A stretch of 59,018 nucleotides of DNA, taken from positions 1 to 59,018 of the forward strand of contig CAIXZF010000070.1 in the NCBI GenBank assembly GCA_903923925.1, read 5' to 3'. This document shows positions 18,795 through 28,446 of this stretch, one piece after another (positions within the stretch are counted from its first letter, which is position 1; every line of letters begins with the position of its first letter). The notes below the pieces were generated by a model, which was not told the DNA's origin, did no database searches, and was given only the letters and a program-made list of their open reading frames with translations. Both the position numbers and the translations under genes were made by a program. The stretch is from an uncultured Bacteroidales bacterium. GTDB taxonomy: Bacteria; Bacteroidota; Bacteroidia; Bacteroidales; CAIXZF01.

Positions 18795-20354
18795 TTAAAT
18801 GGAAGCTGTATCAATAATGCCAAAACCATTTGCAATGGCACACAGGGGAATCAACCGTTCGGCAGCATGCGCGAGCGATCCGTCAACAGATGCAAGCATT
18901 GCATTTGACTCAGCAAGAAAATCTGAAGGTTTGATGCCGAGATCGGGCAGGCGATAAAGGGCTTCGGCACGGAACCAGAACATTGTTCCAGCAGGGAAGT
19001 AAAATTTTCGTGGAACAGGAATAGATAGTTTTTCTGCGAAAAAGTCTATCATTCTTATATTAATATTATGAGGATCCCTGTAAAGAAAGAGAAAATTTTC
19101 CGGTGCAATTATTCCAATCTCCGGATGTTTATCAAAATAATTTAAAATCCGGTTCACAATACTGCTGTTTCCGAGTAAGCTGGCGAAGGTGCCGGTTCGC
19201 CAGGCAATGCCGGAAGTATCGCTAAAGTGCGGCGACTGCTTTGAATGAATCTTGCAGATATACTTGTAGTTGAGCGGAATTATTTTTTTAAAGATTTCAA
19301 GAAATGGTGCTATGTCTCTGCCCCGGTTTTCGAAAACGTAGATGCAACTGTCAGGGAACAGGGCTTGTAAGGTTTTTACACTCTCTTCGGAGGCAGCAGG
19401 ATTAACAGAGATATACAAATCGAAAGGCTGGGTTATATTGTTCAGATATGTGCAAATTTCCTCCATTAAGTCAAAGTAATACAGATGTAGGATAATGGCT
19501 ATATTGTTCTTTTTCGTGAAGGATAACTGTGATGATTCAGCAAGTTTTACAATCGATTCAGCAGGTGCAGGATTATTAGAGTCAGAAACATTGAGAAGTA
19601 GGCTGAGCAGAGATCTGATGTAAATTTCGTAGCTGGAAAGTTCATTCAGGCTGGCCTTAGTATTATCCGCTGTATTTTTATTTTTGGGTGAAAGGACAAT
19701 AATTTTTGCGCTGTCAATACCAAGATCGTGAATTATTTTTTTTGCCGACTCCGAATCAACCGCAATCACATCCGCATTTTCAACAATAAAGTTCAATTCA
19801 GGAAAAAGTGCTTCCGGATTTTGGTTCAGCTCATGTTTGTTGAGAATAACCAGGCTGATGATATTTTGAGCTTTGAAATAGGTGAGGAAGTGGCAAGCCT
19901 TTAAATTGTTGCAAACGGCAAAGTTGTAATTTTTAGATTTCAAACTTTTTATGTCCGTTTCAGGATTCTTTGCTGATGCAAAGCTTAAACCATAAAACCT
20001 GAGTGAAGTAAAGCTGTTTAATGTTCTAACAGCTGCCAGTGAAAACTTGCCAGCTGCCAGCACTGCGGTTTCATAGCCGAAAACAAAGTGAAGAAATTTC
20101 GGAATTTCGGAATTTGACAGCCGTATTTCCGAAACTTCATTGGAGCAGCAAAAAATTACTTTTTTGGAGGTAGATTCAACAGAGCGATCCTCAGTCTGAG
20201 GAAGCCGGATACCATTGAGATAATAGAAGAACCGATTAATAAAGCTTGGTAAGCCGTCTCTTTTAAGCAATTCAAAAGCATGTGGAATATCTTTCCATGC
20301 TTTTGTAATTACCAGGTAAAATCTAATAAATAAGCTAGCGACTGAACTGACCAA
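18795..20354 (-). CDS. Rhamnan-synthesis-F (RgpF)-like polysaccharide biosynthesis protein. TTG start.
   Basis: 'AIILHLYYFDLMEEICTYLNNITQPFDLYISV' resembles the RgpF family core. It is adjacent to wzt/wzm, as in rgpCDF-type clusters. No ATG lies near the N-terminus; the ORF begins with TTG. Confidence 0.5.
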   Translation of the reverse strand: MVSSVASLFIRFYLVITKAWKDIPHAFELLKRDGLPSFINRFFYYLNGIRLPQTEDRSVESTSKKVIFCCSNEVSEIRLSNSEIPKFLHFVFGYETAVLAAGKFSLAAVRTLNSFTSLRFYGLSFASAKNPETDIKSLKSKNYNFAVCNNLKACHFLTYFKAQNIISLVILNKHELNQNPEALFPELNFIVENADVIAVDSESAKKIIHDLGIDSAKIIVLSPKNKNTADNTKASLNELSSYEIYIRSLLSLLLNVSDSNNPAPAESIVKLAESSQLSFTKKNNIAIILHLYYFDLMEEICTYLNNITQPFDLYISVNPAASEESVKTLQALFPDSCIYVFENRGRDIAPFLEIFKKIIPLNYKYICKIHSKQSPHFSDTSGIAWRTGTFASLLGNSSIVNRILNYFDKHPEIGIIAPENFLFLYRDPHNINIRMIDFFAEKLSIPVPRKFYFPAGTMFWFRAEALYRLPDLGIKPSDFLAESNAMLASVDGSLAHAAERLIPLCAIANGFGIIDTASI

Positions 20355-20395
20355 TATTTTGAGGATTTAATTTTAATCGGCTAAATTATAGAAAA

Positions 20396-21688
20396 TCAGG
20401 CGTCCAATATGCTTATTTTGTGTGGAATATCAATACCACTTTGAGTTTTAAGCGAATTTGAAGTACTAACCCGGAAGGATGAAAAATTATCCTTCAAAAT
20501 ATAAAATAGCCTTCCTGAGCTGTCGGAAACGGAAACAGATAGTGAATATATACCTTGATGAAAGTAATTTTGCATTTCGTATGAGATGGCAAAATTGCCT
20601 GGTTGAATAGCACCACATTTGAAATTTTCTGCCCTGGAGTCGGAAGAAAATAATGTCTGATCGGAGTTGTTATTAATTATTAGTTTGAAAATCAGGTCAC
20701 TAAGCAAAATAGTAGATTTAAACCTGAGTTTTATTTTGAAACTGCATCCATAAGGCAGAATTTCAGTTAGCTGGTTATCAGAGTCGAAGAATAGCGCTTG
20801 CTGAATTTCAAGTGCTTCTTCTTCGGTTTTACCCGAAGTATTTGCATCAGGTTCATCGGATTTTTTCCAGACAGATCCTTCATAGTTATCAGCAAGTCCC
20901 CGTTCTGTAAATAAAGCCTTTTCGTGTTCAGAACTTGATTGGCTCTCTTTCAGGATATTGGAATGCATATATTTCGATAAGGCTTCATTTGCAGAGCCCA
21001 GGCAGGCAATTTTTCCGGATTCCAGGTAAAGCACTCTGTTGGAGTACTTCTGAACAGAGTTTGTATCATGTGAAACAAAGATTATTGTTCTGCCCGATTT
21101 GATGATTTTCTCAAAAACTGCAAAGCACTTCATCTGGAAATTTGCATCTCCAACGGCAAGCACCTCGTCCATAATAAGAATCTCTCTGTTTGATTGAACG
21201 GCTGTTGCAAAGGCAAGGCGAACCTGCATGCCACTTGAATAATTCTTAAGTTTCAGGTGTATGAAATGTTCAAGTTCAGAAAACTCGACAATACTTTTAT
21301 ATTTTCTGTCGATATCTTTTTTTGATAAACCAAGAATTGTGCTGTTGAGGTAGATATTATCTTTTCCTGAGAGATCGGGATTGAAACCAACACCTAATTC
21401 GAGAAAAGGTGAGATTTCGCCATTAACTGTTATCCGGCCCTCATCAGGTGTGTAAATTCCTGCCAGAATTTTGAGAAGCGTTGATTTGCCGCTGCCATTT
21501 CTCCCAATTATGCTGAAGAATTCACCTTTTTTAACATCGAAGGATATATTGTCGAGTACTTTGAATTTTTCGGTGGAGATTTTTTTATTGAAATGCAGTA
21601 GTCTCTCCCTGATTGTATTTCTGTTTTCACAGGGAATTACAAAGGATTTTGAAAGATTTTGGACACTGAAGGACAGGTTTTTATTCAT
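20396..21688 (-). CDS. wzt: Wzt-type ABC transporter ATP-binding protein for polysaccharide export, with a ~190-aa C-terminal substrate-binding extension
   Basis: Walker A 'GRNGSGKSTLLKILAG'. Signature 'YSSGMQVRLAFA'. Walker B 'ILIMDEVLAVGD'. H-loop 'FVSHD'. The C-terminal beta-rich domain is characteristic of Wzt. Confidence 0.85.
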   Translation of the reverse strand: MNKNLSFSVQNLSKSFVIPCENRNTIRERLLHFNKKISTEKFKVLDNISFDVKKGEFFSIIGRNGSGKSTLLKILAGIYTPDEGRITVNGEISPFLELGVGFNPDLSGKDNIYLNSTILGLSKKDIDRKYKSIVEFSELEHFIHLKLKNYSSGMQVRLAFATAVQSNREILIMDEVLAVGDANFQMKCFAVFEKIIKSGRTIIFVSHDTNSVQKYSNRVLYLESGKIACLGSANEALSKYMHSNILKESQSSSEHEKALFTERGLADNYEGSVWKKSDEPDANTSGKTEEEALEIQQALFFDSDNQLTEILPYGCSFKIKLRFKSTILLSDLIFKLIINNNSDQTLFSSDSRAENFKCGAIQPGNFAISYEMQNYFHQGIYSLSVSVSDSSGRLFYILKDNFSSFRVSTSNSLKTQSGIDIPHKISILDA

Positions 21689-21693
21689 GATAT

Positions 21694-22428
21694 TTAAAGG
21701 AGTTCGATCAAATTCCGTGAGGCTCTTTTCAGGAACAATATGCTACCAATGAGTGCAGGTATAAAAATGCAGATGAAAATGATGTGGTGATTCCAATGAG
21801 AGAAACTGTTTTCGACAAGTGCAAAGCGGGCATGTTCAAGAATGTAGGTCAGCGGATTTGCATAGAGGAAAGAGCGAACAGGGTATGGAATATTCGTAAT
21901 AGGATAAAGGATAGGCGATGCAAAAAAGAGAACCTGAAGCAGTACTTCCCAGATTTGATTTAAATCGCGGATCCGGACATAAAGTGGTGCTGCTATAAAT
22001 GAGAATACTACAGTAATTCCGTAAAGCAGCAGCGCATAGTAGAAAAAAATAAGGATGTAAAGTGGTGTTGGGAAGATATGATAATAGCCGCAAAGAAAAA
22101 TAAATAGTATTATAAGGTTAAAGCCAAAAGCTATTGCGCTGTGAATTGTTGAAGCAATGATGATAGTCCATTTTGGAATATTGATCTTTTTGAGGATATG
22201 TGCTTTATTCACGAAACTTGCCATTCCGTTTGTGGTTGAATCCTGAAAAAAGTTGTACAGAATTAAACCGATAAGTAAGTTAATCGAGTAGTTTTTCTGC
22301 TGGTTATGAAAAAGAGTTGAAAAAACAAAATTGATAATCAGAAAGTTGCTGAAAGGTTTGAGGAATACCCACACAATACCCAGAACCGAACCCTCATACC
22401 GCATTTTCAGATCTGTTTTAGCTAGCAT
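21694..22428 (-). CDS. wzm: ABC-2 type polysaccharide export permease (Wzm)
   Basis: Six hydrophobic helices. Start with 'MLAKTDLKMRYEGSVLGIVW'. The first ATG is at 22428; the ORF-track start at 22491 is a TTG. Confidence 0.8.
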   Translation of the reverse strand: MLAKTDLKMRYEGSVLGIVWVFLKPFSNFLIINFVFSTLFHNQQKNYSINLLIGLILYNFFQDSTTNGMASFVNKAHILKKINIPKWTIIIASTIHSAIAFGFNLIILFIFLCGYYHIFPTPLYILIFFYYALLLYGITVVFSFIAAPLYVRIRDLNQIWEVLLQVLFFASPILYPITNIPYPVRSFLYANPLTYILEHARFALVENSFSHWNHHIIFICIFIPALIGSILFLKRASRNLIELL

Positions 22429-22512
22429 CCAGATTGTTTCGCGGTTGTATTTTCGGTTTTGGGAACCTTCTATCTCATATGAAGCTTTCAAATTCGGCTT
22501 TGTAAAAGTGTT

Positions 22513-23028
22513 TCATTTAACTAATTCTTCAATTTTCATTTTCATTTTATCGAATTCTTCCCTGTTAAAAAGCCTTGTCAGATAAGCGATTTTCCCATTC
22601 TGATCAATGATAATATTTCGGGTTACACCTGCATCTTTTTCAGCATATAATTCGAAAATCTGCCCTTCGGGATCGAGTAAAATTGGGTACGAAATACCTG
22701 TGGCTGCTGCGATTCTTTTTATTTCTTTATCTCCTTCTTTTAAATCGATACCAAAAATTACAAAGTTGCCTTTATCCTTATGGAGTTGCCAGATTTCACT
22801 TTCAATAAAGGGCATTTCCTTGCGGCATACGCTGCACCAGCTGGCAGTAAACTGCAGCATAACTACTTTGCCAAGGTAATCGCTTAGCTTTTTTGTAGAG
22901 CCATCCGTAAAAGTTAATGTAAACCCTGGCGCAGTGTCGCCAATTTTTACAATATGCTTTGGGTCAGCCGCTTCCTGAGAAAAGAGGAATAAGGGGATAA
23001 ACAGAAATACGAATAAACTTAATTTCAT
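22513..23028 (-). CDS. TlpA/ResA-like periplasmic thiol-disulfide oxidoreductase
   Basis: Signal peptide 'MKLSLFVFLFIPLFLFSQ'. CxxC active site 'FTASWCSVCRKEMP'. Confidence 0.8.
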   Translation of the reverse strand: MKLSLFVFLFIPLFLFSQEAADPKHIVKIGDTAPGFTLTFTDGSTKKLSDYLGKVVMLQFTASWCSVCRKEMPFIESEIWQLHKDKGNFVIFGIDLKEGDKEIKRIAAATGISYPILLDPEGQIFELYAEKDAGVTRNIIIDQNGKIAYLTRLFNREEFDKMKMKIEELVK

Positions 23029-23056
23029 TTTGCAGAATGTTTAAGGCAAAGATAAA

Positions 23057-26000
23057 TTATTCAGGCATAGGTTTCCAAAACATGTGTTTTTGACCAAAAA
23101 CAGGAAGAATTGAAGCAAGTGTCCCACTTGCAAAAATAAGCAATCCAATTATCAATAATAGCACTGCAGGAAATTCAAAAGCAGGTGAAACAAATGATGG
23201 AATTATTGAAGTAAGTGCTGCCAGAACCCCAAATCCCAAACCAGCTGTCAGGATTAACATATTTTCAGTAATTAACATGAGACGGATGAAATTTTTCCGG
23301 AAACCAATTGCAAGATAAATTGACAGTTCTGCCTGCCTTTCCTGGGTGTTACGTAAGAGGAAGAACCCCAAACCGATAGTTCCGAGAATAACTCCTAATC
23401 CCCCAAGAAGCATAAATACGGATAAATAAGTGTTCTGAACTGAATTAAATTCTGCAAGCCGTTGTGAGGCTGCTGTGAGCACAAGACCCTGATCCTGAAA
23501 AAGGTACTGAAGTCGTTGAGAAATTGTATCGCGTCTGGAATAAGGACCCTGAACCAGAAAGATTGTTGAACTGCCATAGGATGGGTAATGTATTCTGAAC
23601 AGGCTATCCGATATCAGGATATTGCCCTGGAATATTGAATTATCAAGCCCGCCAATGAGTTTTAATTTTAAAATCCTGCCGGATTCGTCATGGTAGAGCA
23701 GAGTATCTCCGATTTTTTTACGCAATCCCCAGCTAATAACTGTCTGATCGGCAAAAGCCGGGATAAGGTCTGCAGATACTGCTGTTTTAAGAGCTCGCCA
23801 GGGATGTTTTCTGTCAACGGAATCATCAACTGCTGTAAACGTAAACATCCCTTCTTTGTCGAATAAATCAGAATTGATGCCCAAAACAGCGGGCTGTTTA
23901 ACCTGGTTCAGATTCAGGCAGCTGGCATCGCTGCCGGAAAGTTGTGGGATCTGAATGAAATGGACATCCTTAAATGCGGGTTCATCATTAATGGAGAACT
24001 TCTTTTTACCAAATGGAGTGTTGAGGTTATAGGCAACAGGGATAACGGTTTCACCCCAGAATAACACTCCTCCTGAACCTGATTTTGCATTATTTTCTGA
24101 ACCATAAAAGCTTCTGTGATTTGCACCTGTAATCATAATACTGAAAGTGCCCAAAGCCAGAAGTGTTATAATGCCCATTGTTCTTCCCGGATTAATTGAT
24201 GCATTCTTACGAACAAGAATCATGAAATCTGGAAAACCAGAGGGAGTAATATTTTGCAATTTTCTTAAAAAGTAATATGTCCCCGCCAGAAGTCCGGCCA
24301 GTAACAGCCCACCGGCAACCATAAACAACAAAGGATTGTCGGTTTTTGAAATGAACAAAAGGTAAATAAGCAGGAGTAATGAGCTAAGAATGAATGCTGA
24401 TGATAAAATTGCGAAAAGCAATCCTTTGCTGAGTCTGACAAGACTATAGTTCAGCGAATTCCTGAGCAGCACGCTAACTGAAAGCCTGAGATTTTTAACA
24501 AGAACAAACAGAATTACAATAATGGACAGAACAATGCCTGTAAATGACCCAGTTATCAGTGTTTGTAAGCTAATAAATGTTTCTAAAGTCGATGTTCTTA
24601 CAGCATCTTGCCAGATTGTGTTCAAACCCGCAATCAGGAGTTTGTTGTAGATAATTCCTGAGAATGCCCCGCAGATACCTGCAACTACGGAAACGATTAA
24701 TACTTCTGCAAGAAATAGTTTTATGATTTGTCTTTTACGAAACCCTAAGGAAGTAAGAATTCCTGCCTCCTTTAAACGCGATCTGGCATGAAGGCTGAAA
24801 AGCATCCCAATTAATATGAGTCCTGCCAGGATTAGGAAAAAACTGAGGCTGATAAAAAGTCCTCCAAAATCAGTGGAATTTTTTGCTGAGGCTAAACCTT
24901 CATCGTAAACTGGGGAGAATAATAGTTTGAAGGAAGCAGGTTTTAGCTTTTTCATCCATAGTTTTTCCAGAGAAGAAATTGAATTTCTTTTTTCGGAAAA
25001 CCTAATGGCTGTTAGCTTGCCAAAAGGATTTTTCCAGATTCTCTGCCCGGCTTTCAGCGAAATGAATGCTTTGGGTGTTCCCCGGAACATTCTCCAGTAA
25101 TCCTCATCTTTTTCCCTGATCTTTTTGAGGTTTATTGGAACCCCGGTTTCCCAGTCGCGACAGTTTCCGGCTTCGTTCACACCTGGAAATTTTGGCATAA
25201 GCCCCGGATCCCAAACAGGATTCTTGATTGGAAGTGTTGATTTCAAAAGGAAAACAGAAGTTTCCTCCTTTAATGTCCGCATTGGACCCATTATGTAATA
25301 TGTCAGCCATATGGAATCGCCGGCTTTTATTGCAAGATCAGCAGCAAGCCAGTCGTTGATCAGAATTTCATTTTCTTTCAGATTGGTATTTAGAAAACCA
25401 CTATCGGCAGCAACGATAAAGGAGTAAGGAGCCGAATTTGTTTTTGTGGAAATAGAGTTTGCCAGATAACCGAGAACTGCTGAAGGATTATCGATTGCCT
25501 GCACTAATGTTGCTGAAAGTGAACTGTCGAGAAATATACGTTCAGAAGTGATTTCAAGCGTATTATTGTTATTCAGTGGGGAGATTTTTATACCGGCATC
25601 CAGGGGTTTCCAGCAAAGCTTTAGGAGGCTGTCGAGCTTGCTTGCCGAAAATGAGCAGCTGCCGGAGTTTTCTGCAAGCAGAACATTTGCATTTCCATTC
25701 ATTTTGAGTTTTGCAGCCATTTGTTTCAGGCTGATAAAAACATTGAAAGGAGCGGCCTGGTTACTTTTCAGGCTGAACCTGCCAAAACTAATGTTAGTAG
25801 CGATGCTTTTTACCTTTAGTCGGATAGAAACAGAATTAAGAGTTTCAGAAACAAATGGTGCATTCTGAGGAATCTTGTCGGGTATTCTGATTTTAAGCAG
25901 AAACTCATCACCAGATTTTAACCCAAGCCTTAAGGCAGTATTCTCACTAATAACAGCTTCGTCAGCTTCTGGAATTTCGCAGTTTTCAGTAAAAAGATCC

Positions 26001-26347
26001 CTGAATTTATCGTTAATTCCATAAATTTTTATGTTGTTGATTACCTGGGTAGTGTTCGTGTTTATTGCGATTCCGTTCGATTGCAACACAGGAGCAACTG
26101 TTGCTTTGCATTTGCTGCTTATTTCTGAAGCAAGTGAATCTCTGAATAAGCGGTCGCCCGATTCTACAGCAAAGCGAATTTTCCCAAGCCGCTGATCTGT
26201 CAGTTTCTGCAGGCTGAACCTAACTGAATCACCGATAATAAGTGCACCCGTTAAAACAGCAATGCTAACAAGCATACCAGCTGCTATTGCCAGGTAAGGC
26301 TTTCGGAAATACCAGAGATTCCGGAAGATCAGTGAAGCCTTGTTCAT
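23057..26347 (-). CDS. ABC transporter permease with two FtsX domains, MacB/YbbP-like, 1096 aa
   Basis: N-terminal TM 'YLAIAAGMLVSIAVLTGALIIG'. Two 4-TM blocks, at residues ~500-700 and ~950-1090, are separated by large extracytoplasmic domains. Confidence 0.8.
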   Translation of the reverse strand: MNKASLIFRNLWYFRKPYLAIAAGMLVSIAVLTGALIIGDSVRFSLQKLTDQRLGKIRFAVESGDRLFRDSLASEISSKCKATVAPVLQSNGIAINTNTTQVINNIKIYGINDKFRDLFTENCEIPEADEAVISENTALRLGLKSGDEFLLKIRIPDKIPQNAPFVSETLNSVSIRLKVKSIATNISFGRFSLKSNQAAPFNVFISLKQMAAKLKMNGNANVLLAENSGSCSFSASKLDSLLKLCWKPLDAGIKISPLNNNNTLEITSERIFLDSSLSATLVQAIDNPSAVLGYLANSISTKTNSAPYSFIVAADSGFLNTNLKENEILINDWLAADLAIKAGDSIWLTYYIMGPMRTLKEETSVFLLKSTLPIKNPVWDPGLMPKFPGVNEAGNCRDWETGVPINLKKIREKDEDYWRMFRGTPKAFISLKAGQRIWKNPFGKLTAIRFSEKRNSISSLEKLWMKKLKPASFKLLFSPVYDEGLASAKNSTDFGGLFISLSFFLILAGLILIGMLFSLHARSRLKEAGILTSLGFRKRQIIKLFLAEVLIVSVVAGICGAFSGIIYNKLLIAGLNTIWQDAVRTSTLETFISLQTLITGSFTGIVLSIIVILFVLVKNLRLSVSVLLRNSLNYSLVRLSKGLLFAILSSAFILSSLLLLIYLLFISKTDNPLLFMVAGGLLLAGLLAGTYYFLRKLQNITPSGFPDFMILVRKNASINPGRTMGIITLLALGTFSIMITGANHRSFYGSENNAKSGSGGVLFWGETVIPVAYNLNTPFGKKKFSINDEPAFKDVHFIQIPQLSGSDASCLNLNQVKQPAVLGINSDLFDKEGMFTFTAVDDSVDRKHPWRALKTAVSADLIPAFADQTVISWGLRKKIGDTLLYHDESGRILKLKLIGGLDNSIFQGNILISDSLFRIHYPSYGSSTIFLVQGPYSRRDTISQRLQYLFQDQGLVLTAASQRLAEFNSVQNTYLSVFMLLGGLGVILGTIGLGFFLLRNTQERQAELSIYLAIGFRKNFIRLMLITENMLILTAGLGFGVLAALTSIIPSFVSPAFEFPAVLLLIIGLLIFASGTLASILPVFGQKHMFWKPMPE

Positions 26348-27072
26348 AGTGTTTGCATCAGTGAGAGTTTCCCGGAACTAAGCCTGTAGAATTGATTTGT
26401 TTGCTTTGCCAGTTCAAGCGAATGCGTTACAATCAGCAATGCCATTTGATGCTCCCGGCTTAATTCTACCAGAAGCTTTCCCACAATACCGGCATTTTCA
26501 GCATCAAGTGAACCTGTAGGTTCGTCGGCTAAGAGCAAACGGGGTTTGTTAATTAACGCACGAACTACTGCTGTTCGCTGGCATTCCCCGACAGAAAGCT
26601 GATAAGGCCGTTTTTGCGAATGCTCCTTTAGCCCGACTCTTTCTATTAAATACAATGCACGATCGATGGTTTCTTTATGGTTGGATCTGTTTTTTCCCGG
26701 TAAAGTTGGCAGCAAAACATTTTCCAGAAGGTTAAGCTGCGGAATAAGATAATGTTGCTGGAATACATGTCCGATAAAGCGGTTTCGCAACGATGCCAGT
26801 TCTTTTTCATTAAGTGTATCTGTTGCTGTACCGTTTAAAAATACTATCCCGGAACTTGCCTTTTCCAGTGTCCCGATAATATTAAGCAGTGTGCTTTTTC
26901 CTGAGCCTGATGGACCAACAATTGCGATGGAGTCATTCCCGCAAATCTGAAAATTTATAGAATCAAGAACATGGTTTCGGATTGCAGTTCCGGGCTGCTC
27001 AAAATATTTGGAAATAGTTTTGAATTCTGCCAGTGCTGTAGATACCGTATCAGGGATTGGAATATGATACAT
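26344..27072 (-). CDS. ABC transporter ATP-binding protein, MacB/LolD-like
   Basis: 'GPSGSGKSTLLNIIG', 'LSVGECQRTAVVRAL', 'LLLADEPTGSLD'. ATGA overlap with the permease gene. Confidence 0.9.
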   Translation of the reverse strand: MYHIPIPDTVSTALAEFKTISKYFEQPGTAIRNHVLDSINFQICGNDSIAIVGPSGSGKSTLLNIIGTLEKASSGIVFLNGTATDTLNEKELASLRNRFIGHVFQQHYLIPQLNLLENVLLPTLPGKNRSNHKETIDRALYLIERVGLKEHSQKRPYQLSVGECQRTAVVRALINKPRLLLADEPTGSLDAENAGIVGKLLVELSREHQMALLIVTHSLELAKQTNQFYRLSSGKLSLMQTL

Positions 27073-27087
27073 AAGACTATTTCATTT

Positions 27088-28380
27088 TCAGTTCAAGGTT
27101 ACACTTTTGTATACTTGCAGCATCTTTTCTGTAAGCTTAGTACAATCAAATTTTTCTTCGATAGCTTTTCGCCCTGCAATACTCATTTTAATAAGCAAAT
27201 CCTTATCTGAAATGACTTCTTTGAGCTTAGTTGCCAGCGCTTCTGCTGTATTCGGGTGGTAGATTACTCCTCCGCCCGATGATTGTATAATTTCCGGGAA
27301 AGCTCCAAGATTTGGCTGAACCAGCGGAATGCCTGCCGCCATAGCTTCCAGCTGGTAGAGTCCGAATGCTTCCCCTTTTAAAACCGGCACCGAAAGCACT
27401 GTTATATTTTTAAGAAATGCTTTAATACCATCAGCTGTGAAATCATCAAAAAACACAACATCTTTAACACTATTTGCAGTCCTGAGTTTAGATAACTGTT
27501 TGTTAATAAAAGCTTTATCGTCATTTGTTCTGCCACCTGTAACATGAAGTCTGAGTGATTTAAACTCCTTAAAAGATTTCAGTCTGATGAAGGCATCTAC
27601 AAGGACTCCAAAACCGTTTTCTTCACAAATTCTTGAGAGAAATCCAATAGCAGGCGAGCTTGTATTTGGTTGATTATATTCATATTGGCCCGGCAATATT
27701 CCAATAGGAATTCGATGAATTTTTTCATCGGGAATTGAGAGTTTCGTTTTCATCAGGTCTGCGAAGAAGTCACTTACTGCTACGAAGGCATCCACATCGC
27801 GGGCCTTTTCAGCAAGCAATTTCCATATTTTATCCTGGTAATTCTGGTGCATTGCATCAATCCAGACATCCTCATCCTGAAGTGAACAAACTACCGGAAT
27901 TCCCACCTCCTTTTTTATCAAAGCAGCCATCCCCAGAAGCAGGGCATTGGAAAAGTGAACTACATCAGGTTTCTCGTGGTATTTGAGATAATCAACCAGC
28001 TGCCGAAGTTCTGTTGCCTGGTTCCCATCAATACCAAGCAGCATAGATTCTGTCATGGCTTCCAGTCCTTCGGCTCGCGTTGAGCCGGCTTTACTTGCAG
28101 CATATTTAAGAATCCATTTTGCATTAAACATATGTTCCATCCATCCGGGCATATTTCGAAGCCATGGAAATTGCTGTTTCAGATAAATATTCACAGCACC
28201 ATAAAATACAGGTATTTCCGACTGCTCGAGGTTTCCATTCATAGTAAGCGGAAGGTAAACCGGCAGCGTTATTGCATCGTGCCCCGCTTGCCGCAATGAT
28301 CGCACATAGGCACTGTCGCGCAAACAGTTACCGCAATAAAATGTGCCTCCAAATCCTGGTACTATGTTGATAATTTTCAT
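27088..28380 (-). CDS. Glycosyltransferase family 4 (GT-B, group 1)
   Basis: EX7E region 'EAFGLYQLEAMAAGIPLV'; 'FIRLKS...LHVTGG'. Confidence 0.8.
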   Translation of the reverse strand: MKIINIVPGFGGTFYCGNCLRDSAYVRSLRQAGHDAITLPVYLPLTMNGNLEQSEIPVFYGAVNIYLKQQFPWLRNMPGWMEHMFNAKWILKYAASKAGSTRAEGLEAMTESMLLGIDGNQATELRQLVDYLKYHEKPDVVHFSNALLLGMAALIKKEVGIPVVCSLQDEDVWIDAMHQNYQDKIWKLLAEKARDVDAFVAVSDFFADLMKTKLSIPDEKIHRIPIGILPGQYEYNQPNTSSPAIGFLSRICEENGFGVLVDAFIRLKSFKEFKSLRLHVTGGRTNDDKAFINKQLSKLRTANSVKDVVFFDDFTADGIKAFLKNITVLSVPVLKGEAFGLYQLEAMAAGIPLVQPNLGAFPEIIQSSGGGVIYHPNTAEALATKLKEVISDKDLLIKMSIAGRKAIEEKFDCTKLTEKMLQVYKSVTLN

Positions 28381-28405
28381 TTTGCAATAATTTATAAGAA
28401 ACTAA

Positions 28406-28423
28406 GACATGCCATGGCATGTC
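28406..28423 (-). terminator. Palindrome GACATGCCATGGCATGTC followed by a U-rich tract on the minus strand. Putative terminator of the long minus-strand operon.
   Basis: 18-bp perfect palindrome. The minus-strand downstream sequence is 'TTAGTTTCTT'. Lies between the stop of 28447..31050 and the start of 27088..28380. Confidence 0.45.
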
Positions 28424-28446
28424 CATACAGAATTGTTTATGTGTTA

